From Macrostomum lignano (taxonomy: Eukaryota), in NCBI GenBank assembly GCA_002269645.1, contig NIVC01001862.1, positions 124,001 to 188,000 on the forward strand: a DNA stretch of 64,000 bases. Direction: 5' to 3'. The translations under genes and the position numbers were made by a program. The notes under the pieces are model-generated. The model saw nothing but the letters and a program-made list of their open reading frames with translations. It made no database searches and was not told the origin of the DNA. Shown in pieces: positions 44,101 to 58,879 of this stretch. Numbering within the stretch: position 1 is the stretch's first letter; the number at the start of each line of letters is the position of its first letter.

Positions 44101-47100
44101 AATCACCTGCGACCGAGGGACATCGACACGAAAGTCGATCAGCTGACACTACGACTACTGAAGGAGCCAAAGCACGGCAAACTTTATGACGGAGACGTGT
44201 CCATTGGCGTTGGCCAGTGGTTCAAAGTTGGTAGAGTCCGGTCCGAAAAGATTAGGTAAGTTTGACAAAAAGCTTAATGAATGAGACCCCTAACCCTAGT
44301 TAAAGACGCAAATGTTTTCGCTGTTAATTAAGTCAAGAAATTTGAAGTGAAACAGAACATTTCGAGTTTCTAATTGCAAGCCTTCAGTGCCTGGATGGGA
44401 ATCGCCAGGTATCATAAGGCATCAAATTACTTTATGAAGGGCTGAATAATCGCCTGATCTGCCTTTTGACATTGACAGCCTCCCAGACGGACCGCGCCCA
44501 GAATTCCTGATTTTCAGCTTGCATTTCATTGCCAAATTAAAAGCTGGAATACATTTTCCAGAGCAGCCGAGAGAACTAAGGCACACTTGAAAAAATAAGA
44601 CCCGTCTCGTGCACTTGTTTACCTGCATTACCCGGCATTTTGCATTTCTTCTCCTTTTCTCCGCATTGAATTGCGTAAATAGGCCGACTGGTAGATACAA
44701 AAAAGGATAAAATTCTTTCATATCCGCTCCGGATTCTTGTCCACGCGTTGCGGCAGTCGATATTGCAAGCTTCATTAACCACCTGATACAGGCCATATCT
44801 TCTTAAAGTTCCCGGAACTGGGATTCCAGCCAGATGGAGATCCGCATGATTGAAAGCACTTGGCCCGGTTGCAATGGCAGGGTTACACGGATGTAAAACG
44901 GGTTCATTCTTCCCCTTTGCCTCTGGCGGCAGGCAAAAAGCCTTTTTCTGCGCTAAGCTATACTAATCCGTTGACATTCGATTTTGTTGCGAGCTTGTCT
45001 GGAATATTTCTGACGGAATTTTTCGTTAATTAATCCCACAATGGGAGAATTGTAACAATAATTTCTATTGTATAACTAAATAATGATGAATAACTAAACA
45101 TTTCTTCTTAGCCTATACGCGAAGATTTCAGTATAAAGTTTCACCCAAAAATAACCTGTTTGGCAGACAATTATTACCACGGTATTCTCACGAAGCAGCT
45201 AATGTAAACCTCGTTGCAAAATTTCGCTGTTAAATATATTCTATAAAGGATGCCTTTTCTATAACTATGGTCACTTGAGCACGAAGCCTCAGCCCACCTG
45301 TTATTCAGACGCTGTGATTCTCCTTTAACCCAGGTGCAATTTTCATTCGCATATCTGGGCAACTACCCAGACGATTCTCAAGAAGGGGGTCCACTTGAGC
45401 GAATGAATTGACTGAATTTAAGATGATGAGAGTAAAGGAAAGATATCTTAGCTGAGCTATCTTGTCTGGCATACAGCTCTTTCTATCACAGCGGGGCCGC
45501 ATAATCCATGTACAGAGACCGCTGGGGGAGCATTTGTCTACCGCCGAGTCTATAGGTCTACCGACCGACCGAGACTTATCCAGTCACCCTTACCCCAGTA
45601 ACAGGTAGGAAACAGATGCAGACGTTTGAAGGAAACTAGCGGTAGCGCTGTTATCTGTTTTAAGCGGAGAAGGCTTAAGTTTCATTAAAAGCTTAAGCTA
45701 GTCTTCAAATGCGTCTATACTTTGCTGTGTCGATTGCGTAATCTCTGTCAGCCTTGAGGGTGCTTGCCAGAGCTGATTAGATCATTAAACTCTCAAAGAC
45801 GACTAGCCTTATCGCACCAGTTAGTTATACTGCCAGACTGGCTCAAACTGAGACAAACTGCACGCTGAGTACTGTATGCTTCATTAACCGTTGTCCATTA
45901 AGCATTTTTACGCTCCTAATAACGTCTGATAGAATATCATGCAACTTTCAGCTACCAGCACGACGGTACAACAAGTTCAGCCGATTATTTCGTGCTCCAA
46001 GTGACGGACAATAACCAGAACAGCCCAGATTACAACATATATTTGAACATAACTGAGCGTCAGGCATGGGACTACGGCACGAAATTCTATGCAAACAATA
46101 CAATATTCGTACTAGAGGGTGGTCAAACCGTCCTAACCACAGAGATGTTTCCAACTTTGAAAAGCGAAACAATAGATCCAAGACAGATTTCATATCTACA
46201 AGGTGAGCGACCAGTGAAGGGCGAATTCGAACTTCTGGGCAGTTCTAGTCGCAGCATATCCCAGTTCAATCACGAAGACTTGCGAGCCGGTCGTATCGTG
46301 TACCGCCACACTACTGGCGAAATCGGGCCACGAGCCATTGTCGACATCTGCCCTATGTTTGTCTACAGCGGATCCGACTGGCAGACGCACCGCCTGACCT
46401 TCTCCATTCAACCGGTTGACAACCAGCCGCCATCTATTACAGACGGGGCCCAGGTCCTGGTCAAGGAGGGCGACAGCACCGTCTTGTCAGGTAATGTCAT
46501 TAAGGTGAGGGATGCAGACACCGAAGCTGACAAGCTGCTGCTGATGGTGCAAGACGCACCGAAGCATGGTGAAATTCGTTTGATCAACGGAAGCGGAGCG
46601 ACGGTTAACCAATTTAGCCAGCAACAACTTCTCGCTGGAGAGGTCGCGTTTTTGCAGAACAAAAATTTTGGCACGGAGTTCACCAGAGACAACTTCACAG
46701 TGATAGCAAGCGACGGAGAACGCAGATCGAGCCCCGTTACAGTTCAAGTGTACATCTATCCGGTGACCGACGAGCTGCCATCGATAGTTGGTCTCGCTGA
46801 TTTCGCCATCAGTAAGGGCGAGTCTCGTGTATTGAATGCGACGTATTTTTCCGTCACCGATGCCGACGTGCCCGAAGAGGAAGTCATCGTACGAATCCGT
46901 CGGTTGCCCAGCGTCGGGACTTTGTTTCAGGACTGGTTCACTGCTCGGATCAGCAAAAAGGTTACTGAAACTTCAAACAGGCAGTTTACGAAGCGAAATC
47001 TGAACTATATGCGCCTAGTGTATCACCAAGACCTGGATGTCACATCGCTTAACGACAGCTTTGTGGTGGAAGCTTCTGATCCAGTTTATCGCATCTCTAA

Positions 47101-50100
47101 GACCTGCCGTATTGCCATAGCAACCAGAAACGAACAGCCACCCGTGTTTTCGTCACCTCGGTCACAATTACAACTTTATTATGGTGAAAAAGTCCAACTG
47201 ACCGAGAATCATCTCCTCGTACGTGATCCGGACACGCCAAAGGAAGCGATATCTATTTCCGTGGTATCCCTGCCAGCCAATTGCGAATTGCTCAGGTTGG
47301 AGCCTAGTAGGTCCAGTGTCATTCTCAGTGGCAGAAGCCGCGACCGTCTGGTGGCGCTGCGCCTTGGCGAGAGTTTCAGCCAGCGAGACGTGCAACAAAG
47401 CCGGATGTTTGTAAGGGCATCCAGATTGAGCAGCAGCTCGGCAGCCTCGCCAGCGACGGTGGAGCTGCGTCTAATGGCTGGTGACGGGCGTTTCTCTACT
47501 GATGCGGCAAACTTGATGCTGAGACTCGTGCCAAAACCTGCCGAGGTGCTGGAGCTGTTTCTGATTCGTACATCCCGACTGAAAGCAGTCACTCAAAGAG
47601 TCACAAAGTTAACACAAGAGGAGATTAGTGTCTATTACCGTGACCGAGTGCAGAACTCAGCCAGCTTCCAGGTTATTCCCCAACAAGTGTCCGATAGCCA
47701 ACCATGCTATTCATTTGAGCTTGAGGGCGATCCAGTTGTTACCGACAACGAAACAGTATTCTTGATGTCGGACGTTTTGGATGGTCGAGTCTTGTTTAAT
47801 GCGACCAATTGCTCTAAATCTAAAGAAGACATACTCTTTGAAGTGCGCTCAAACTGGATCGGAAAGTCAGCATCTGGTATGCTCCCTGTAGATCTTATCC
47901 GGCTGGACGTGGCGCCGCCAACGCTGGATCATGTCGGAACTCTGTCACTACGAGCCCACGAAGCTGTCGCCATTGATCAAACTGTCCTCAGAACATCGGA
48001 CGCTGATACACCACCACAGGAAATTTTGTACCGCATCAAAAATGCACCTAAACAAGGCCTTTTAGTTATAGGAAACTCTCAACTTGGCCAAGAGGACTCA
48101 TTTACTCAAGCTGACGTCAATAACGGAACTGTTTTATGGTACAGAAGCCTCATAGAGCCACCCACTGGCTTAGACAAGCTAAAATTCACGGTTGAAGACA
48201 TGAACAAAACACGCGGTTTCTGTTATAAATCGGCTATTCCGCGCTCCTCCCCAGTGACATTATCAATTCGAGTTGCCCCGTCGACTCGTAATCCAATTGA
48301 ATTGGTTCGAGTCAAGAGCCCCTCCGAGCTGATGTCGTTTGGCACTGGTGGGCGCTTTGGGTTTCGTATTAAAAACGACTCCCTATTGGCAAAGCCGGCT
48401 ATGGTCCTATTCGAGCTGGCTTCCCAACCAGGCTTGGGCATTCTGAAACTGGGCGAATCTGAAATCCCTGTTGGGGGAGTTTCACTCAGCGTGACGTCAA
48501 TACCGGACGAGTGACTTACTGGTTCAATCAGCCTCAAGTAACCAGTGCAGTTAAAGCTCCGGACAATACATCCGACTCATTTGAGTTCATCGTACGCACC
48601 CAAGATAGACGCTTCAGCTCAGAGAGAAGCCGCTTCAGAATGGAATGGTCAGTGATCTTCTTTCGGCAGACTCGCTATTGGGTGCGTTGTCCACGGCCTG
48701 GCACCCTTCTGGTAGATGTTACCCGTACTGGCGCAATGGACCAGATGGCATTCGCCAGGTTCGAACTTGATGGCTCTGCTCAGGAACGCAGGGATTTCAC
48801 CGTGAGCTCAGCCAGGACTCTCAACTTCAATCCAGGTTGGTTTTTTAAACAAAATCGAATCCACATCCAGCTCATGTCTATTTGTAATTTTAGATGTACT
48901 TGCGACACAGATTTATTTTTAACAGATTTCACTTCAAGCCAACTTTATTTCCCGTCCTATAGGTGACAGGACCGCCCAGATCAGACTGGAAATCAGCGAG
49001 CGAAACGACAGCTCGGACTTGCGACTACGCATCGATCTCATAGCCCCCGGTAACGCCCTGATCGGTGCCAACTCGCGAGCTACCATACTACTTCAACCCG
49101 ATCCTGCAGTTGACTGCACGGCCGACAGTGCTCACTTCACTCCGTCCAGTGGCGGAGACTTAGCCCTGTTTAGGTACTATCTGAGACACTACATGATGCG
49201 AAATCGACAGGTGAGTATTCGTACATATCTGACGAGTAGAAAGTACATCGGCGTGCATGAGTGAGTGCCTGCGTGTGCTCAGGAGTCAGCGGAATGGGCT
49301 GAATGCGCTGGTTGTGGGACGATATCACCGTTGCGCTAGGGTGCCAACAGACCTCCTGCGAATAGTTATCTATTTATATGCAGATATCGTAAGGATACCA
49401 GTTGCACCTACAACCCCAACACAGGTCAATGTGCAGAGCTGTGATTGTTAAACTGTTTTCTGAGAACGATAAAGATTTTGATGTTAAGAATTTACGTCCC
49501 TTTTGTGCGGTGGGACGTCGGTAGACTTTGACGCTTGAATTAGACTTTCTGTTAACGCACACATACATTTCAGTTCAGCGATCAAGCTCCATCGGATCCC
49601 AACCAAGGACAAAAAGATCCAAATCAAGGACGAAACGGTTTGAACTTGAACAAGCCTGCAGTTAGCAGTAGCAGTGTTCAGAAGTCAAAGTTCAACGATA
49701 AATCCAGTGACAATGACCATAAGAATAACAAAAAACAATTCGATAATGCTGACAAAAATCGACAAAAATACTCGCACAACGAAAAATATTACAACAAGCC
49801 ATACGAGGAAAAGGTCGCCATTCACGTTCCGTCTAGTGAGGCATTGAGGAAGCTGCAGAGAGAGGAGATGCAGCATGCTAACAAGGACGGGGTGAGTTAG
49901 TGCTTGTGCCGTTGATTTTTAATGCTTTTCTGAAAGTATAGCTAGGAAGGATGTTGGTCATAAAGAAGGGAGGGTAGTGGTGCTCAAACTAAATTACAGG
50001 TAGGGTAGCGGTGCTCAAACTGAATTACAGGTAGGGTAGCGGTGCTCAAACTGAATTACAGGGAGGGTAGCGGTGCTCAAACTGAAGGACAGGGAGGGTA

Positions 50101-53100
50101 GCGGTGCTCAAACTGAAGGACAGGTAGGGTAGCGGTGCTCAAACTGAAGGACAGGTAGGGTAGCGGTGCTCAAACTGAAGGACAGGTAGGGTAGCGGTGC
50201 TCAAACTGAAGGACAGGTAGGGTAGCGGTGCTCAAACTGAATTACAGGGAGGGTAGCGGTGCTCAAACTGAAGGACAGGTAGGGTAGCAGTGCTCAAACT
50301 GAAGGACAGGTAGGGTAGCAGTGCTCAAACTGAAGGACAGGTAGGGTAGCAGTGCTCAAACTGAAGGACACGGAGGGTAGCAGTGCTCAAACTAAAGGAC
50401 AGGTAGGGTAGCGGTGCTCAAACTGAATGGCAGGGAGGGAAGGGTTGCTCAAACTGAATGATCTCGATACGTACAGCTTCAGAGTACTTAGCAGCACAAA
50501 AGTACACCCTAAGTGTTCGAATTTCACTTCGTCGACACTTAAAAGTTTTTAAAGCTCTTGCTCTGGTTTGCGTTGCGACATAAAAGAAAAATTTATTAGC
50601 TATTTTATTCTCTGTTTTAAAGCAGCAATTAGTGACTGGAGCACAGGCTACTTAAGCTTAAACCGCAAAGACGATTCAATTAACTGCGTTCGATCATAAA
50701 AGCTAAAATTATTGCTGCCAATTCCACGATTTCAGTTCCCACGCTGCACAATTTACCTGAGCGGCGAGCAGCGTTCGAACGGAGACGGAGTTCGCTACAT
50801 CTGCAACGGCGGCCGCTGGGTCACTCTGGCTAGCGTGGTCCAGTCTCAACGCCAGCCTCACCGCGGCTTCGGTTCCGCTACTGATAGGCAATCTCAAACT
50901 CCTGCCGCAGAGGACAAGACGATGATCAACTGCCCCACGGGTAGGGCTGCGGTTCTCTCGAAAGATATTTGAGATTTTTTTGTGGGTTCATATCGGTTAT
51001 TTATGGTTTAGGGTAGCTTTTACGCGTAGCAGGGACGGTCGCGTCCTTGAAGGGCGCCATTCCGATTGAGAGGGGCGCCATTTCGATTGAGAGGGGGCGC
51101 CATTTGGGTTGAGAGGGGGCGCCATTTGGGTTGAGAGGGGGCGCCATTTGGGTTGAGAGGGGTGCCGTTTGGGTTGAAAGGGGGCGCCGTTTGGGTTGAA
51201 AGGGGGCGCCGTTTGGGTTGAAAGGGGGCGCCATTTTGATTGAGAGGGGCGCCATTTGGGTTGAGAGGGGGCACCGTTTGGGTTGAGAGGGGCCCCATTT
51301 GGGTTGAGAGCGGCCCCATTTGGGTTGAGATGGAGCACCATTAGCACCAGAGGCTTAAGCACCAGGGGCGCCAGCACCAGGGGCGCCAGCACCAGGGGCG
51401 CCAGCACCAGGGGCGCCAGCACCAGGGGCGCCAGCACCAGGGGCGCCAGCACCAGGGGCGCCAGCACCAGGGGCGCCAGCACCAGGGGCGCCAGCACCAG
51501 GGGCGCCAGCACCAGGGGCGCCAGCACCAGGGGCGCCAGCACCAGGGGCGCCAGCACCAGGGGCGCCAGCACCAGGGGCGCCAGCACCAGGGGCGCCAGC
51601 ACCAGGGGCGCCAGCACCAGGGGCGCCAGCACCAGGGGCGCCAGCACCAGGGGCGCCAGCACCAGAGGCGCCAGCACCAGGGGCGCCAGCACCAGGGGCG
51701 CCAGCACCAGGGGCGCCAGCACCAGGGGCGCCAGCACCAGGGGCGCCAGCACCAGGGGCGCCAGCACCAGGGGCGCCAGCACCAGGGGCGCCAGCACCAG
51801 GGGCGCCAGCACCAGGGCGCCAGCACCAGGGGCGCCAGCACCAGGGGTGCAACTAGCACTCCAGAATCACCTCCATCTGAATCCCGCAGGCTGGACAGCC
51901 AAGTCAGGCCTCTCCTGCGTTCGCCTGTTCAAGGCGCGGCTCAGCTTCACTGCAGCGACCGCCGAGTGCGCCAAGTACGGAGCCCGCCTCTTGGAGCTGG
52001 GCAGCGCAGCTGATGCGCGCTGGATTCGCAAGAATCTGCGTACCAGAAAGCGCTATTGGATTGGTGAGCGCTGGATTGGTTTCGCTTTGCAAGAATTTGT
52101 CGCTATTCTTTAATGGGTGATTTGCTAGAACCCACTCGATAGAACTCCCACACGATAGAACCCACTCGCTAGAACCCACACACTAGATCCTACACGCTAG
52201 AACCCACACAATAGAACCCACTCGCTAGAACCCACACGATAGATCCTACACGCTAGAACCTACACGCTAGAATTCCCACTCGCAAGAATTCCCACTCGCT
52301 AGAACCCACACGCTACAACCCACATGCTAGAACCTACACGCTAGAATTCCCACTCGCAAGAATTCCCACTCGCTAGAACCCACACGCTACAACCCACATG
52401 CTAGAATCCACATGCTAGAACGCACTCGCTAGAACCCACACGCTAGAACCTACACGCTAGAACCCACTCACTAGATCCTACACGCTAGAACCTACACGCT
52501 AGAATTCCCACTGGCTAGAATTCCCACTCGCTAGAACCCACACGCTAGAATTCCCACTCGCTAGAACCCACACTCTAGAACCCACATACTAGAACCCACA
52601 CGCTAAAACCCACATGCTAGAATCCACATGCTAGAACGCACTCGCTAGAACCCACACGATAGAATCCACTCGCTAGAACCCACACGATATAACCCACTCG
52701 CTAGAACCCACACGATAGAACCCACTCGCTAGAACCCACTCGCTAGAACCCACACGATAGAACCCACTCGCTAGAACCCACACGATAGAACCCACTCGAT
52801 AGAACCCACTCGCTAGAACCCACACCCCACCATCATTAAGGTCTCTACCGCGGCAAAGACGGCCGGTGGCGACAGCCGAGCGGCGAGGACGTTGCCTCAG
52901 CTCTGGCTGGCGGCCTCCGCTGGGCCCGCGGACATCCTCGTCGACGTGCCGATTGCGCTTTTGTCCACCGCAATCGCTGGCTGAAAAGTCGCCGATGCCG
53001 CCTAAGCCAGTCGAAGCCGAAAAATAAAAGTCGTGCCGGTCGTCGTCAAAGTCGTCGTCGTCGTCGTCGTCGTCAACGACTTCAAAGACGAAGTCGACTA

Positions 53101-53211
53101 AAGCAGCGACCGGGTCGTCGAGCCGACTGGGCGGCGCCCTACGTGTGTCAGCTGACCGTGCGCTATAAACTTAGCAGACGGGCCTATGTGAACCTCGTCA
53201 GGAGCAACTGA
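41158..53211 (+). CDS. FREM1: FRAS1-related extracellular matrix protein 1 (CSPG repeats, Calx-beta, C-type lectin). Exons 41158-41424, 41767-44255, 45952-48835 (1-nt frameshift at ~48475), 48963-49210, 49574-49891, 50736-50940, 51890-52063, 52841-53211
   Basis: Signal peptide, FREM1-type N-terminus (DPLTQTVG...VFDC...YEHEGSP), repeated CSPG motifs ([26 protein letters not shown]), a Calx-beta-like segment and a terminal CTLD. All intron phases are consistent. Confidence 0.9.
49972..50458. repeat. 31-bp minisatellite (GCGGTGCTCAAACTGAAGGACAGGTAGGGTA) in a FREM1 intron
   Basis: Read directly. Confidence 0.95.
51050..51848. repeat. Compound minisatellite: ~22-bp GGGGGCGCCATTTGGGTTGAGA, then 15-bp GCACCAGGGGCGCCA, in a FREM1 intron
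   Basis: Read directly. Confidence 0.95.
52125..52825. repeat. 14-bp minisatellite (CTAGAACCCACWCG) in the last FREM1 intron
   Basis: Read directly. Confidence 0.93.
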
Positions 53212-53329
53212 CCAACTGGTCCCGAGTTCAAGGACTTTTAATGGCTGACAAGTCAAATGTGGACGGACTTTGTCTGATTGACAAGTTTATGAGCTTTGCC
53301 TTTATTGACTCAGATTGGCTGAGTGTTGA

Positions 53330-53995
53330 TTTGACTGACTCAGTGATGATTTGACTAGCTGAGTGATGATTTGGCTGACTGGGTGATGATTTGACTGTCT
53401 GAGTGATGATTTTACTGAGTGATGATTTTACTGAGTGATGATTTGACTGTCTGAGTGATGATTTGACTGTCTGAGTGATGATTTCACAGTGATGATTTAA
53501 CTGTGTGCGTGATGATTTGACTGAGTAATAATTTGACTGCGTGATGATTTGACTGTCTGCGTGATGATTTGACTGTCTGCGTGATGATTTGACTGAGTAA
53601 TGATTTGACTGACTGAGTGATGATTTGACTGTCTACGTGATGATTTGACTGAGTGATTATTTGACTGATGATTTGACTGTCGGAGTGATGATTTGACTGT
53701 CTGAGTGATGATTTGACTGACTGAGTGATGATTTCACTGACTGAGTGATGATTTAACTAGCTGAGTGATGATTTGACTGACTGAGTGATGATTTGACTGA
53801 CTGAGTGATGATTTGACTGACTGAGTGATGATTTCACTGACTGAGTGATGATTTAACTAGCTGAGTGATGATTTGACTGACTGAGTGATGATTTGACTGA
53901 CTGAGTGATGATTTCACTGACTGAGTGATGATTTAACTAGCTGAGTGATGATTTGACTGACTGGATAATGATTTGACTGACCGGATGATGATCTG
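53330..53995. repeat. ~20-bp minisatellite (GATGATTTGACTGACTGAGT) downstream of the FREM1 stop
   Basis: Read directly. Confidence 0.93.
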
Positions 53996-54602
53996 ATTGA
54001 TTTATCGGTGATATCCTGATGCAATTTAAGGCGCAATGATCCGCTGATCATATTATAACAGAATACAAGTGTAGCATGAAAGATGCTACCGAAAAATAAA
54101 TCTGCATGTTAATATTTTAACTCTGTATCCTCTTTTGCAAAGTTTTAAAGAATACTGTTATGTTCTATTAAAAACCTTTTATATTTGTCAGGAAAATTGA
54201 ATATCAGACCTCAGCGCAACAGTGAAAATTAGGAATGCAATTTTACCACATTTATATGCTTCGAAATTTTAATATCGACATTTAAATAACCCTAAGCCAC
54301 ACTATGTAAACTTATCGATTCTACAATCTAACAACATCCTTGACCTCACCTCTAGATCTCATCCTCATCTCTAGTCTCATTCTGAGCAAGATCTTTTACA
54401 AGTACAAAAATCTTATATTAGTTTGTCATTGTGTAAACTCACTTCGTCTCACTAAAAGTTTTTATTTGTTAAATCAACTCCTGTAGTTAAAAATATCTTT
54501 GCAATGTGTGATCACAATAAAATTTGGCTAAGCCAGCAATTTTTTGGGCATGAAAGTAATAAACTGACTCCCCAAGTTTTTTAATACCATCCTTTATAGA
54601 TA

Positions 54603-54806
<204 letters not shown>

Positions 54807-54815
54807 GGTCGCTCC

Positions 54816-56961
<2,146 letters not shown>

Positions 56962-57624
56962 GACAACGCCCTAAACAGCTCAATGGGTAACACACCTTTT
57001 TTCGAGTGAGCCTGAATGCATGCCTTTTCTTATTAGAATCTCAGCGTAGGCTTTCCATATGGTTCATTCCCTGGCTTTTTAGAACTGGAACCTAGCAAGT
57101 ATGAAATTGGCTTGGTTACCAATCGAACAGTGTTTATCTCTCTCCCCGCTGCTGTCATAACTATAGATTTTGATAGATAGTTCTCAATCACTTCTAAAGC
57201 AGCTGTTGGAAAACTTTTAAATCAAACATTGAACCAAAGCCAGTATAGAGTTAACTGGATACCAAAACATTACAAATTGTGACTCGAGCACGAACAGGAA
57301 GCTTACTCGAGTTGAGCCTTAAAACGTGCTCATTTTAGTTCTACTTGAGTAGCCACGAAAAACTTACAAGGCTTGCACAGCAGGAAGCTTAACTTCTGTA
57401 GTCGGCACGGGCATCTCCATTTGATCGTTTGCGACGCGATTGGAAAGTAGCGGATATGAAGAAATGACGAACATTTAACTCCTCATTTTTGTCTTGATGT
57501 AGGGAGCCTATTTTAAAGCCTACATCAGGAGCCAGGTAAGCATTACAAGCTTAACTCTTGTGTGAAATGATGAGGCTTCAGGGCACTTCGTATAGCTAAA
57601 CAAATATACATGTAGCGCTTAACG

Positions 57625-57899
57625 CAGAGGTCAGCAAACTTTTTATCTCAAGGGCCTAGAGCCTAGAGAACCTAGAGCATGACTAGGAGGGGAGTGGAGA
57701 GAGGATAGGGAATAGAGAAGAGAAATAGGAGAAAGGAGAAGAGAGGAGACGAGAGGGAGGAGAGATCAAATAGGAGAGAGAGGAGAGGGGAGCAGATGAG
57801 AAGACAAAACCTTAAGCGGGTCGGATTGCTATTGTGAAATTTCGAAGGACCCGAGGGCTGGATAGAGAGGCATTGCAGGCCGGAGTTTGGCGACCCCTG
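57625..57899. mobile_element. hAT/Charlie-type MITE, 275 bp
   Basis: Perfect 8-bp TSD GCTTAACG (57617-57624 and 57900-57907). TIRs CAGAGGTCAGCAAACT and AGTTTGGCGACCCCTG. Confidence 0.9.
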
Positions 57900-58879
57900 G
57901 CTTAACGGATACTTTACTACTAACTAATTCATTGCAAATTCGACTTGAACTAAGTTTCGTGTAGCTAGCGTATGTACGAGCGTATGATTTAAAAAATACT
58001 TCACTATCATTTTGTTTTTCTTAGAAATGCAAGATTAATTCACCTTTTCTTGAGTGAAAGCTCGTCGATGCCGATCGAAGCCCGCAGCGCCAGCAGCAGC
58101 ACCTCCTGCACCGACTTTGTACAGTTTAACTTGATCCACATTCTTTGTGAAAATTTAATGCTACGTCAAAATTTTAAATCATTGAATAATGTTGTAGGGC
58201 GTAATTTAGGAGCGGAATCATATTTGCTTTTACTCTACTAACAGTAGTTTTCAGTAGCGGAAATATCGGTAATTAGATTAAGTTAGGGTTTTTATTATTA
58301 ATAAAGAGCGGTTGGGCTCTTTGGAGAAGCATCCTTCGTTGCAATCTTTCGACTTAGAAAATGTCAACAAAAAGGGAATTAAACGTAATGGAAATAAAGG
58401 GACTTTGTTTGGCATAGGAATTAATATTGCTCTAGATGAGTCTTGCTTCTAAAACACGGGAGTCTTGCCCAAGCACATTCTAGGGAAAACAGCTAGGAAT
58501 TTAATGTAAAACAACATTTTGTATGTTAACAATCTTATCTATAGTTGAACATTTTGCTTGAAAACTAAGATTTATATTGGTTTCCTGTCTTCTTTAATCA
58601 CTAAATATTAGGATTAGGGAGTATCAGGAAACCTGGTGGCAGCAACCTACCAACTAAACTATTAGAATCCACTAAGAATAATAACCAGAGAAACCAGTAG
58701 CCTAAACCGCAGGACCACGACTGCAAATATTGTTCAAAAATGAAAGTTCAAACAAAAAATAGACCGATTTTTGATAAAGCAGTTTCAAAGACGCAAAAAT
58801 TATATTTAAACTGATAGAAAAGAAATACACAGTCCAGTTTCAGTTTATCAGCAAGCCGAACACTTAGTCCCAGTAGAAT

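Noticed and set aside
44422-45502. Minus-strand ORF fragments in the large FREM1 intron, as a possible nested gene
   Set aside because: They are short, frame-discordant and interrupted by stops; I could not assign a family or a consistent exon chain.
50997-52113. LAPLV, GAPGA, WCWRP and STRGA ORFs, superficially collagen- or elastin-like (also at 17472-17991 and 30286-30644)
   Set aside because: Products of the 15-bp array, which lies inside introns at 17.6-17.9 kb and 51 kb as defined by in-phase flanking exons.
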